Virus record (IMG/VR): IMGVR_UViG_3300017963_000242
Span: 15,804 to 79,803 of that record
Direction: 5' to 3' (one strand)
DNA from: a virus
DNA length: 64,000 nucleotides
Shown here: piece by piece, positions 1 to 8,873 of the stretch
How positions within the stretch are numbered: the first letter of the stretch is position 1
Layout: each line of letters opens with the position of its first letter
The notes under the pieces: model-generated
Seen by the model: the letters and a program-made list of their open reading frames with translations, nothing else
Told to the model about the DNA's origin: nothing
The model's database searches: none
Position numbers and translations under genes: made by a program

Positions 1-567
1 CTGCGCGCGTGCGTAGGCGTGAATCGCAAACCCATCGCAGCTAGTGAGCGCCTTTTGCACATCCTGGAAATACTGAATCCAGTCCCCGTGCTCGTTGTTA
101 CGATAGCTCGTCTGCGGGTTCCACGGCGCAACCGCGCCGACAAGCACCTCGTCCCGCTCGTGGCCCGCCAGCGCGTGGATTGCGTTGCGGCATAACTCGT
201 AGCACTCGGCATAGTCCCACGGCCAGATAGTGACGCCTTTCGGTCGCTCGTCGGCGTGGTTCATTTCGTTGCCGATAATCCAGCGCGTGCAACCCTGGCT
301 GCCTGCCACAAAATTCGCCACGCGCTGCGCGAACGCTTCATAGTGCTGAGGCTCTGGAATCGTCCCGTTCGGCTTGTAGCCGTTGTTGAGCCGCGCAATC
401 ACCGCATGCCGCGCGCCGCGATAATCTGTCCCGTGTGCGTGGTTCGGGTCATGGCCCAGTTCCTCTGTGCGAATCTCCCATCCGGGCAGCACTATACCGT
501 GCTCGTCGCGCATGCTATAGTCTAGGTCATTCTCACCGTGAATTGCGTACAAGCTGCTCCGCATCAT
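1..567 (-). CDS. Putative endolysin, glycoside-hydrolase-like N-terminal domain (partial, runs off the left edge)
   Basis: Not in the ORF track. Manual translation from ATG 567 (RBS AAGGAGG) is open to position 1: MMRSSLYAIHGE...ARLNNGYKPNGTIP...WIIGNEMNH...GAVAPWN...CDGFAIHAY. It has a clan GH-A-like NE motif and lies downstream of the tail genes. Confidence 0.65.
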   Translation of the reverse strand, partial: MMRSSLYAIHGENDLDYSMRDEHGIVLPGWEIRTEELGHDPNHAHGTDYRGARHAVIARLNNGYKPNGTIPEPQHYEAFAQRVANFVAGSQGCTRWIIGNEMNHADERPKGVTIWPWDYAECYELCRNAIHALAGHERDEVLVGAVAPWNPQTSYRNNEHGDWIQYFQDVQKALTSCDGFAIHAYARAQ

Positions 568-581
568 TTAGTCGCCTCCTT

Positions 582-965
582 TTAGTCCGGGTCCACTGGC
601 GGCACGTACCGCGTCAAATCTTCTGCGACTTCGTACAAGGCGCACTGCTCATTGAACCAATACAGCAATGCTGCGCGAATGCCCAACGTCGCCGTCACAG
701 GCCCGTCGGCACGAACCGTGATCGGACCGTCAATCAGCAGAATCCGCACGCCTGCCGGCAGCGTTACCGTTTGATTCTCTTCCAGCACCACCGGCTGCTC
801 GACCGGCAGCACAACGGATGGATGGTCATCGCCGACTTGTATGCTTCCATCGGCGTTGTAGATTTTGAAATCAGCCGTTGCGACAATCCCGCCATTTTCC
901 GGTTGCACCGACAGCCTGGCGGGGCTGTACTGCTCTGGCGTAAGTCGGAGTCTAACGTCGCTCAT
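582..965 (-). CDS. Hypothetical protein
   Basis: 127 aa ORF with RBS, co-oriented between the tail fibre and lysin genes. Confidence 0.6.
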   Translation of the reverse strand: MSDVRLRLTPEQYSPARLSVQPENGGIVATADFKIYNADGSIQVGDDHPSVVLPVEQPVVLEENQTVTLPAGVRILLIDGPITVRADGPVTATLGIRAALLYWFNEQCALYEVAEDLTRYVPPVDPD

Positions 966-974
966 TGGTTTCTC

Positions 975-3900
975 CTAGCTCAGTGTGTAGATCGGGATGA
1001 AATACGCTTGGTCCGCGATCTGGTTCCCGGTATCTGTAACGTAGACTTTGAGCCACCCCGCGCGCGTCTCGCTGCTTTGATCACCCTCGTCCACAATCGA
1101 GCGCGTGAGGTTCCCCGCCGCCGCCTCGCCGTAATAGTGGACAAACGCCTCGTCCACGTCGGCCTGGTCCAGCAGCAGCACCTCGATTCCACCCGCCGCG
1201 CTGCTCTGGTCTACGTGTAGCTGTGCCAGCGTGTTGGTGAACGAGTCCGCAATTTTGACGCGGCCCGTCTCGGCAACACGCATCCGCTCCGCCGCTGTCA
1301 CGCTAGAGGTTGGCGCCGTGTAAAATCCCAGGCTCGTACCCATCGCCGCGTCGGTGAAATTCTCGGCGGCGTCTACCTGGACAAATCCAGTAGACGCGGC
1401 TGCGAACCCAGTCGCGCCATACCCGCCCGCGCCCAGCCTTCCTAGAATATCGCCGCTTTGCGCTGCCGTGGGCGTGCCCCGCGTGCCCTGCGCACGTCGG
1501 CCTCTGAAGATCGGATAGTCGGCAGCGTCCGCGCCATAGGCGAACGCCTGATACACTGCTGCGCTACCATCGTTCGACACACCGATGTTGTTATCAAGCA
1601 CCGTGAGGCTGGCCGTCATCAGCGCGTCGGGCGCTGTTCCGCCTACGATCACGTGCGCGTCCTGGAACTCGATCTGGTCCGTGCCCTGGTCATCGAACGT
1701 AATCCGCCCTGCGGCTGCGCCCAGCCCGATCCCGGTATCATCGGCCATCGTGACAAATGACCCGGATAGCACGTCGAGCGAGTTGGCCGTGAACGTGAAA
1801 TCCTCAGCGCCGTTGATCGAGATACTGAGTTCGCCGCCCGCACCGGCTAGAACGAACGCCGCTGTATCATTCGCCGCCTCGGTCAACGTGAGCAGGTCCG
1901 CGCCCCCGACGTGGAACGTGATCTCGTCATCGGTAAAATTCACATAGGTGTCTGTGTCGCCGCTGTGAATGATGTACTGTGGCACAATCAGCTCGTTGCC
2001 GACCGTCGCGTTGCCGTTTGAGTCCACGCCAAATGCAAAGCCGCCCGCGCTGTCTTGTACGAGGAACGAGCTTACCCCGGCTGCCTCAGAAAGTAGAAGG
2101 CGAAAGTCACCGTTCGTGTCGTCCGCCAGCAGTTTAATCTCGTCGTCGCTGCCCGTGATAAAATACAGCAGTGGCGAGTTGCCGCTGCCATCATCCATTA
2201 TGATGTCGTCGGTGTGGGTGTGGACGCCGGTCCAGGCGTCGAACGTCGCGTCCAGATCGATCCGCAGGTCGCCGCCGCTGAACTCAAGTCCGCTCCACGC
2301 TGCAACCAGATCGACGACCAGATCATAGTCCCCATTCGCGCCGCTGTCTGTGCCTGCCAGGCCATTGCCTGGAACGAATCTGCGTTCCGCGCTCAAATCG
2401 CCGTCCAGGGCCAGCGTGAGGTACTGCGCGTCCGCAGGCGCCGCGCCGATGTCTACGAAAGTGCCGGGGATGTAGCGCGTGCCGTCGCCGACCAGCACCG
2501 CGCCTGCCGCCACGCCGTCCGCGTGGATGATACCCAGGCCAGAGGCGATGTACAAGTCACCGTCAAGCAGACTTAGGTGCTTCGTCAGCGTCCACTTGTC
2601 GTCCGATTCGTCCCATGCCAACGTCGGTGCGCCGGTCACATCCAGTTGCAGAATCGCCGGGAAGTCTTGATCCGCGCCGTCCATCGAGCAGATGATATGT
2701 TGCTCGGACACGTCGCCCTGATCGAGTAGTAGCACGGGCTGTCCGCCGCTTGCGCTGCTCTGGTCCACGTCCAGCGCCGCACCTGTGCCGGTCGTGCCAA
2801 CGGACAGAAAGCCTCTCAGGATATTTTGTGCCGTGCCGTCTTGGTATACGCCATAATTGATCCCGGTACGCTCGTCGATGTACAGGCCATAGGCGTTGCC
2901 CGTTACAGTCCCGTCGCAATCCATGACGATCCGGTTGCCAAACACGTCCCCGCTCACGGTGTTGGCGGCTTCCTGGTCAACGAACACCTCAATCCCCACC
3001 GCATCATCCGTCACCGTTCCGGCATTCAGGTCGAGATTATAGTATCCGACTTGAGCATCGCGCTTGTTGCCGACCGCGCCCACGCTGCCGTCATCGATTT
3101 GCACCTCTGCGAAAAATCCACGCGCGTGCCCGATTGTACCGCCGCTCTGATTCAACCGAACGAACAGGGACATGCCCAACAGCGCGTCGTCGTGGTCCGT
3201 CGCTCCCGCCGTTTTCGCCAGGTCGAGATCGATCCCGCTCGCGGCAGTGGTTGTGTCCAGCGCCGTGTTTTGCAAGTTCAGAATGATAGAATCGATGACA
3301 CTGGCATTTGGCCCCGCTGCTATGTGGCCAAGGAAATCCGCGTTCCCGTCCGCGTCCACATAGGCTACGTCGGCGTCACCGCTATCGCGCCAGATAAATT
3401 GACTGTCCGTATCCGATGCCGGAAACTTGACGACAAAATCAGAGTCGCCCGCTGTGCCATCGTCCTCTAGCCATAGCGAGAATGTGTCATCGTTTGAGCC
3501 GCCAACAAAATTCAGAGACGGACTATCGCCCGCGCCATCATCCATCGACAAGTTACCGACCAACGTCGGAGATGTATCACTGATAATATCTGTTCCATCA
3601 CCAATGAGCACGCCGCCTTCCGTGCTCGCATCGTAGCTGGCCCACACCGGCCCGGCTTCTCCGCGTATGATATGCCCGCGTGCGCCTGGTGGAATTGGAT
3701 AGTTGGCATTGGCTGCTATTGGAATGAATCGCGTGCCGTCGCCGCCCAGTACCAAGCCTGCCGCCACGCCGTCCGCGTGGATGATACCCAGCCCGGAGGC
3801 AAAGTGCAGATCACCGTCTACCAGCGAGAAATCGTCCGTGATGTCCCACGAGTTGTCCGATTCGTCCCATGCCAACGTCGGTGCGCCGGTCACATCCAGT

Positions 3901-5222
3901 TGCAGAATCGCCGGGAAGTCTTGATCCGCGCCGTCCATCGAGCAAACGATATGTTGCTCGGACACGTCGCCCTGATCGAGTAGTAGCACGGGCTGTCCGC
4001 CGCTTGCGCTGCTCTGATCAACGTGGAGTTGAGCTAAAATCGTATCATCGCCGCCGATTTTGGTATCGCCGCCGAGTTTGCTGTCTGCGTCTGAGTCGTG
4101 GTAGATTGCCCAATCGACACCGGAACGCTCGTTCAGATACAGCATCCGAACCGCGCCGGTTGTCGTACCATCCATATCCATTCGGATGCGGATCCCGTTT
4201 GCAGTGCCGCTTACGGTGTTCGCTGCCTCCTGGTCCACGAACACCGTGATACCATAGGCGTCTTGCCAAACTTGCCCGCCGTTCAGATCAGTGATAATGT
4301 TCATCGCACGCATATCTTTAGGCGTGCCTACGCTGCCAACGTTTCCGTCTTTCAATCGGGCAATGCCATAGATGCCCGTTGTGTCTCCGACCGTGCCTCC
4401 AGCCTGGTTCAACGTTGCCGTGAACGCCAGCCCTACCCACTCGTCTGCCTCGTCTGTCGCGCCTGCTGTTTTCGTCGTGGTGAGTTGCAGGCCGTAATAG
4501 GTACTGGCCGTGTCTACTGTTGCATCCGAGATCGCTACGATGGTATTAGCAGATATGCCCGCGCTGGCCCCCACAGCTAGATGCGCTTCAAAGTCTGCGT
4601 TTCCGGCGGCGTCCACATAGGCTACATTAGAATCGCCCTCGTCGCGCCAAATGAACCGGCTGTCCGTATCCGCCGCCGGGAACTTGACGACAAAATCAGA
4701 GTCGCCCGCTGTGCCATCGTCCTCTAGCCATAGCGAGAACGTGTCATCGTTCGAGCCACCGACGAAATGGATCGCTGGGCTGTCGCCTGCGTCATCGTCC
4801 CAGGTGTGATCGCCGGTCCACGTCGGTGTTTGATCCCAGACCACATCGTCGGCGTCCGTGGTCAGCGCATAGCCAGCCGCGCCTGGATGTGCCAATCGCT
4901 GCCATGTAATCGTCGCCGTGCCCTGGCCCGACATGAGGTCGCCGCGCTGTACTGCTGCTGCTGTGGAGTCTAGGTGTGTAGAGGATAGTATCTGATGTGA
5001 TGCCGCGCCGCTTCCACCTGCGATATACTGCCAAGCCGTTGCACCGTCTGAGTTGACGTACAAGTCGTCGCCCACCGTATCCCAAAAAAACACACCCTCT
5101 GCGGCTGTATGGTCTGGTACAGCGGTTCCGGTGTGCATGCTGGAATATTCGTTCCTGGAATTTACACGGCGTTCCAGCGCGCGCATCTGTCTATAAACTT
5201 GCTCGTTGACGCGCTCAGTCAT
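975..5222 (-). CDS. Large tail fibre / receptor-binding protein with internal duplication
   Basis: ~1415 aa, G/D/A/T-rich beta-repeat protein after the baseplate genes; start MTERV overlaps the upstream stop. Confidence 0.75.
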   Translation of the reverse strand: MTERVNEQVYRQMRALERRVNSRNEYSSMHTGTAVPDHTAAEGVFFWDTVGDDLYVNSDGATAWQYIAGGSGAASHQILSSTHLDSTAAAVQRGDLMSGQGTATITWQRLAHPGAAGYALTTDADDVVWDQTPTWTGDHTWDDDAGDSPAIHFVGGSNDDTFSLWLEDDGTAGDSDFVVKFPAADTDSRFIWRDEGDSNVAYVDAAGNADFEAHLAVGASAGISANTIVAISDATVDTASTYYGLQLTTTKTAGATDEADEWVGLAFTATLNQAGGTVGDTTGIYGIARLKDGNVGSVGTPKDMRAMNIITDLNGGQVWQDAYGITVFVDQEAANTVSGTANGIRIRMDMDGTTTGAVRMLYLNERSGVDWAIYHDSDADSKLGGDTKIGGDDTILAQLHVDQSSASGGQPVLLLDQGDVSEQHIVCSMDGADQDFPAILQLDVTGAPTLAWDESDNSWDITDDFSLVDGDLHFASGLGIIHADGVAAGLVLGGDGTRFIPIAANANYPIPPGARGHIIRGEAGPVWASYDASTEGGVLIGDGTDIISDTSPTLVGNLSMDDGAGDSPSLNFVGGSNDDTFSLWLEDDGTAGDSDFVVKFPASDTDSQFIWRDSGDADVAYVDADGNADFLGHIAAGPNASVIDSIILNLQNTALDTTTAASGIDLDLAKTAGATDHDDALLGMSLFVRLNQSGGTIGHARGFFAEVQIDDGSVGAVGNKRDAQVGYYNLDLNAGTVTDDAVGIEVFVDQEAANTVSGDVFGNRIVMDCDGTVTGNAYGLYIDERTGINYGVYQDGTAQNILRGFLSVGTTGTGAALDVDQSSASGGQPVLLLDQGDVSEQHIICSMDGADQDFPAILQLDVTGAPTLAWDESDDKWTLTKHLSLLDGDLYIASGLGIIHADGVAAGAVLVGDGTRYIPGTFVDIGAAPADAQYLTLALDGDLSAERRFVPGNGLAGTDSGANGDYDLVVDLVAAWSGLEFSGGDLRIDLDATFDAWTGVHTHTDDIIMDDGSGNSPLLYFITGSDDEIKLLADDTNGDFRLLLSEAAGVSSFLVQDSAGGFAFGVDSNGNATVGNELIVPQYIIHSGDTDTYVNFTDDEITFHVGGADLLTLTEAANDTAAFVLAGAGGELSISINGAEDFTFTANSLDVLSGSFVTMADDTGIGLGAAAGRITFDDQGTDQIEFQDAHVIVGGTAPDALMTASLTVLDNNIGVSNDGSAAVYQAFAYGADAADYPIFRGRRAQGTRGTPTAAQSGDILGRLGAGGYGATGFAAASTGFVQVDAAENFTDAAMGTSLGFYTAPTSSVTAAERMRVAETGRVKIADSFTNTLAQLHVDQSSAAGGIEVLLLDQADVDEAFVHYYGEAAAGNLTRSIVDEGDQSSETRAGWLKVYVTDTGNQIADQAYFIPIYTLS
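2500..4790 (-). repeat. Internal tandem duplication (~1255 bp period) in the tail fibre gene
   Basis: Near-identical blocks starting 3424 vs 4681 and 2601 vs 3855. Confidence 0.85.
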
Positions 5223-6318
5223 TGCTCTCCCATTCCACACGAGCGTCTATGGTTTCCTTGCCTGCTTCCACAGTAATTGACACCGACCGGACTATCGACT
5301 CGAATCGCCGTCCGAGAAATTCTGCATTGACCTTGTCGCCATACTGCCAGTCAACGCCATATCTCGCACCATCGGTGTCGATGATTTTCCCGCCAAACCG
5401 ACGAATTGGACGAGCTTGTGCAAGCGCATCGTTCGCCACCTTGTCCACCTCGTCATCGTCTCTGGCATCATTCGCATCTATGTAGCCCTCGACCCGCCCG
5501 AACCTGCTTTGCTCAGATCGTTCTGTGTCTTCTACCTCTCGCTTGCGCCGACTTGACCCGGTGCTCTGGCCTAGAGCATAGATGTAGTTTTGAGCATTCG
5601 TTGCGTCAAACTCGTAGAATGCCTGTGACAATGAGCCCTTCTCCCGACTCAATACCATGTAATCGCCTGTACGGTCGCTTCCAGGTTGCCCGGTATAGGT
5701 TAGAAACCGACAAGTAAAGGATGTAGCCGTGATCGAATCCAGAACAACGTCAAAGAAAACTTCTGTTCCCGCCGCCCGGCTTGCTTTGCTGATGCGCTTG
5801 AATTCTGCAAATACGTTTTGCCATTCCGACCGGACAAATACGATAGGCCCCTTTGACACAGCAGACCCGCTTGTAAAGAAGTCCAGGTTGCGGTCTGTGT
5901 CTACTGCGCTGATCAAGTTTTCGTCCACGAACTCTGTCATTAGATCGTCTGCGTATCCGGTTTTCTCAGTAAAAGCCAGCCCACCCGCATAGGCTACGAT
6001 TCGCCGCTTGAGCAAGTCTTTGAATCCCGGTCCTCCTACTCGCAAGCGCAGCAACCCGGAACTGGCCTCTTCATAGCGGTAGTATCGCACGATGAATGCT
6101 CGTTCTAGGGTCATTCGTGTTCCCGCTGAGGATCTCCAAATCTGAACAACGCTATCAGGCTCTAGCAGCCTATCATCGAACCCTTTGCTTGGCATATCTA
6201 GTATGAATTGGCCCATATCGTTGACGACGATGGAATATTGCATGCGTACAAAGTTGTCCAGCAGCGCCAGCCTTGCACCCTTGTCGTTTGTCAACCAGAC
6301 TTCATATTCACCCGACAT
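5215..6318 (-). CDS. Siphovirus minor tail / baseplate hub protein (ReqiPepy6 Gp37-like)
   Basis: Lies after Dit; C-terminal YGVDWQYGDKV motif; LLKRRIV. Confidence 0.75.
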   Translation of the reverse strand: MSGEYEVWLTNDKGARLALLDNFVRMQYSIVVNDMGQFILDMPSKGFDDRLLEPDSVVQIWRSSAGTRMTLERAFIVRYYRYEEASSGLLRLRVGGPGFKDLLKRRIVAYAGGLAFTEKTGYADDLMTEFVDENLISAVDTDRNLDFFTSGSAVSKGPIVFVRSEWQNVFAEFKRISKASRAAGTEVFFDVVLDSITATSFTCRFLTYTGQPGSDRTGDYMVLSREKGSLSQAFYEFDATNAQNYIYALGQSTGSSRRKREVEDTERSEQSRFGRVEGYIDANDARDDDEVDKVANDALAQARPIRRFGGKIIDTDGARYGVDWQYGDKVNAEFLGRRFESIVRSVSITVEAGKETIDARVEWESND

Positions 6319-8798
6319 CAGTCATATCCCGCATAGGTGTCTTTCCAAATCAAGTACCCGCTTGCAACCGCCCCCGCACTTTGATAGACAAACGAGTTAA
6401 TAATGTTGTCTCCTGGCATCAGTGACCATTGCCCAAGCGTGCTTCCTGGAAGAACAGCATCAAATCGTCGTCCATAGAATGAGCTTATGATGTCCTTCGA
6501 CTTTGGCTCTAGGTCTATCGTGATAGTCTCTCCATTTTGTAGTGCGTATGTCATCCAAATTGTCTTTCCAGTCGAGACATTCCGCAGCGTTCTCATATAT
6601 GCAGGTGTCGCGCCGGACCTAGCAACGATGAACCTTGGATAGGCCGGAACCGACCCCTCATTTGTCACAGTATCTTTTCCTGCGTGGTATCTTGTTCCCG
6701 CTCCGCCTGTTACACTCCATCCTAGATAAACATCGTAGTTATCGTCTCTGCGGCTGGCTTCTCCTAATGCAACAGAAAACCCCACAGACGATAGATCAAT
6801 TCCAGGAAACACCCACGATGCTCCGTTCCAAATCAAAACGCCAGTTGATAGGGTTATGCCACCATAGATATCATAGTACACATCAAATGCCCCGACTGCC
6901 CACAGAAGGCGGTCTGGGCCGAACTGCATTTTCCACACGATGTCATTCAGCAAATCATTTGTCCCGACTGAAAGCCATCTGCTCCCGTTCCACCGCGCGA
7001 TATAGTTCGCGGTTTCCCCACCTGCCGTGGTGAAATTCCCACCCACGTAAACATCATCATTGGTGTCTATCGCCAGCGAATATGCAGTGTCGTTTAATCC
7101 TGTCCCTAGCGCTGTCCAGGTAGAACCATCATATTTGACGATTCCTGCCGCTGCCGTTCCTCCATTCACGCTTGTGAAACTCCCAGCAAAATAAATGTTG
7201 TTCTGCGAATCTACTGCAACCGCATAGACTGTTCCGTCATCTATCCCGCTGCCTACAGCGTTCCATGCAGCCCCGTCCCACATTGCTACTCGCGCCGTGT
7301 TCGCTACCCCGCCCATTCCGGTAAATGCGCCAACCGCGTATAAGTTACCTGCTAGATCAAATGCTAAACCGCGAACATCGACCGTAGCCGATACGCCCGT
7401 TCCTAGTGCAGACCACGTACTGGTACTGATTGTATAAAGCGCTACCCCGTCCGTGTTTGCCTGCGCGCCTGCTCCCGTGAATGTCCCTCCTGCGTATAAT
7501 GAATCGCCGTCCGCACCCAGAACAATCGCATAGGCTGTACCGTTGTCAATTCCATCTCCCGCGTCCCAGTCCCAAGTATCAGTTAGTGGTGTATACCGTC
7601 CTATGCGGTCGGCGTCAGCATCTCCGTCCAAGTTCGTAAAATTACCTACAACATACAGACGGTGATCTGGCGCAATGAGCATGTCATAGAACATCGTCGT
7701 GCCTGCTTCTGCGTCTGCTGGAGCACCCAGGCCATACCATCGTTCTGGATATGGACATGATTCATTCACGAGCCGACCAATGACCTTATTTGTACTTTCG
7801 CCGGTTTCCAGCGTGAGCACTTTACTGCTCTCTCCAATTTCATACCAGTACGGGTCATTCGCTACGAATCGTAGGCCCACATCTTCCATTACAATGTTAT
7901 CTGGCTCGACATTTCCTTGCAGTCCGCTTTCATAGTGTGCTGAGATTTGCTTGACCACTGCGCCGCCAGTGTACCAGATGCGAACCGCCTGATATTCGTC
8001 GTTGAGCTTTGGATAAGCCGATGGCAACAAGATGTCTTCCAAGTTGCGCCGAACTGTATGCAAGCTACAACCCGACCCGGTTGCGCGAAGTGGGCCAGAC
8101 AGCATAAACGGTCGAGCTGGATATTGAATGTTGTCCAACTGCCCGCCCGGCAAGTTCGCGTATCCGTTCACTCGCAGAGCATGCGGCGTGACACCTGCGC
8201 CCGCCTCACTCGCTACGCCAAAGTAGTAATCGTCTTTTAGGTCCATCACCCTCCCGCCCGCGCGGGAATATACCGACCGAGTAGACGAACTACCGTGCTC
8301 TGATTGATCCCACGCACAGCCCTCTTGTGTTCCATCCACGTATGTCGTCCAATACGCCGCCGCTTCCACCTGAACGCCGTCGATGTAGAACGACCCTGCG
8401 CCTGCCCCATCCTGATAGATGTACAGCGTCGTCGATGCGTTTGCCTGAGCCGCCACAAACGATGCTCCATACAAAGACCAGTTCTCGTCCATTTCCATAA
8501 TCAGGCTTGGCGTTGTCCAGTTGGCGTTATCCAGCGACCAGTCCCACGCGCTAGGCAGCGTGCCGCGCACGCGCAATGTGACATAATGAACTGCGTTACT
8601 GAGTGCGCTCAACGCCAGCGTCATACCCTCATTGTCTCCGCTTGTCTGGACCCAATAGCTATATAGACCGTAGTGGCTATACGTCGTGCTTTGCGCCGCA
8701 GACCCACCGACTGCTGCAAAGTTGCCCGCAATTTCTGCCGATGGATTTAGGACCATGTTCTGTGCAAGTTCCGGTACAACTATTTTCCAATTGCTCAT
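6318..8798 (-). CDS. Distal tail protein (Dit) with carbohydrate-binding and beta-propeller insertions
   Basis: FVANDPYWY and C-terminal LMPGDNII Dit-like motifs; NMVLNPSAE CBM-like start; YVGGNFT..G...IARWNG repeats; start at MSNWK with RBS GGAGAGG. Confidence 0.75.
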   Translation of the reverse strand: MSNWKIVVPELAQNMVLNPSAEIAGNFAAVGGSAAQSTTYSHYGLYSYWVQTSGDNEGMTLALSALSNAVHYVTLRVRGTLPSAWDWSLDNANWTTPSLIMEMDENWSLYGASFVAAQANASTTLYIYQDGAGAGSFYIDGVQVEAAAYWTTYVDGTQEGCAWDQSEHGSSSTRSVYSRAGGRVMDLKDDYYFGVASEAGAGVTPHALRVNGYANLPGGQLDNIQYPARPFMLSGPLRATGSGCSLHTVRRNLEDILLPSAYPKLNDEYQAVRIWYTGGAVVKQISAHYESGLQGNVEPDNIVMEDVGLRFVANDPYWYEIGESSKVLTLETGESTNKVIGRLVNESCPYPERWYGLGAPADAEAGTTMFYDMLIAPDHRLYVVGNFTNLDGDADADRIGRYTPLTDTWDWDAGDGIDNGTAYAIVLGADGDSLYAGGTFTGAGAQANTDGVALYTISTSTWSALGTGVSATVDVRGLAFDLAGNLYAVGAFTGMGGVANTARVAMWDGAAWNAVGSGIDDGTVYAVAVDSQNNIYFAGSFTSVNGGTAAAGIVKYDGSTWTALGTGLNDTAYSLAIDTNDDVYVGGNFTTAGGETANYIARWNGSRWLSVGTNDLLNDIVWKMQFGPDRLLWAVGAFDVYYDIYGGITLSTGVLIWNGASWVFPGIDLSSVGFSVALGEASRRDDNYDVYLGWSVTGGAGTRYHAGKDTVTNEGSVPAYPRFIVARSGATPAYMRTLRNVSTGKTIWMTYALQNGETITIDLEPKSKDIISSFYGRRFDAVLPGSTLGQWSLMPGDNIINSFVYQSAGAVASGYLIWKDTYAGYD

Positions 8799-8873
8799 CA
8801 ATACCTCTCCGCTCCCGACCGACAGCACCAGAACTATCGGGATAAAAACACGAAATACGACACGATTCATTGG

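Noticed and set aside
975-5222. Diversity-generating retroelement template/variable repeats
   Set aside because: The repeats are in-frame coding duplications, differences are not adenine-specific, and no reverse transcriptase is present.
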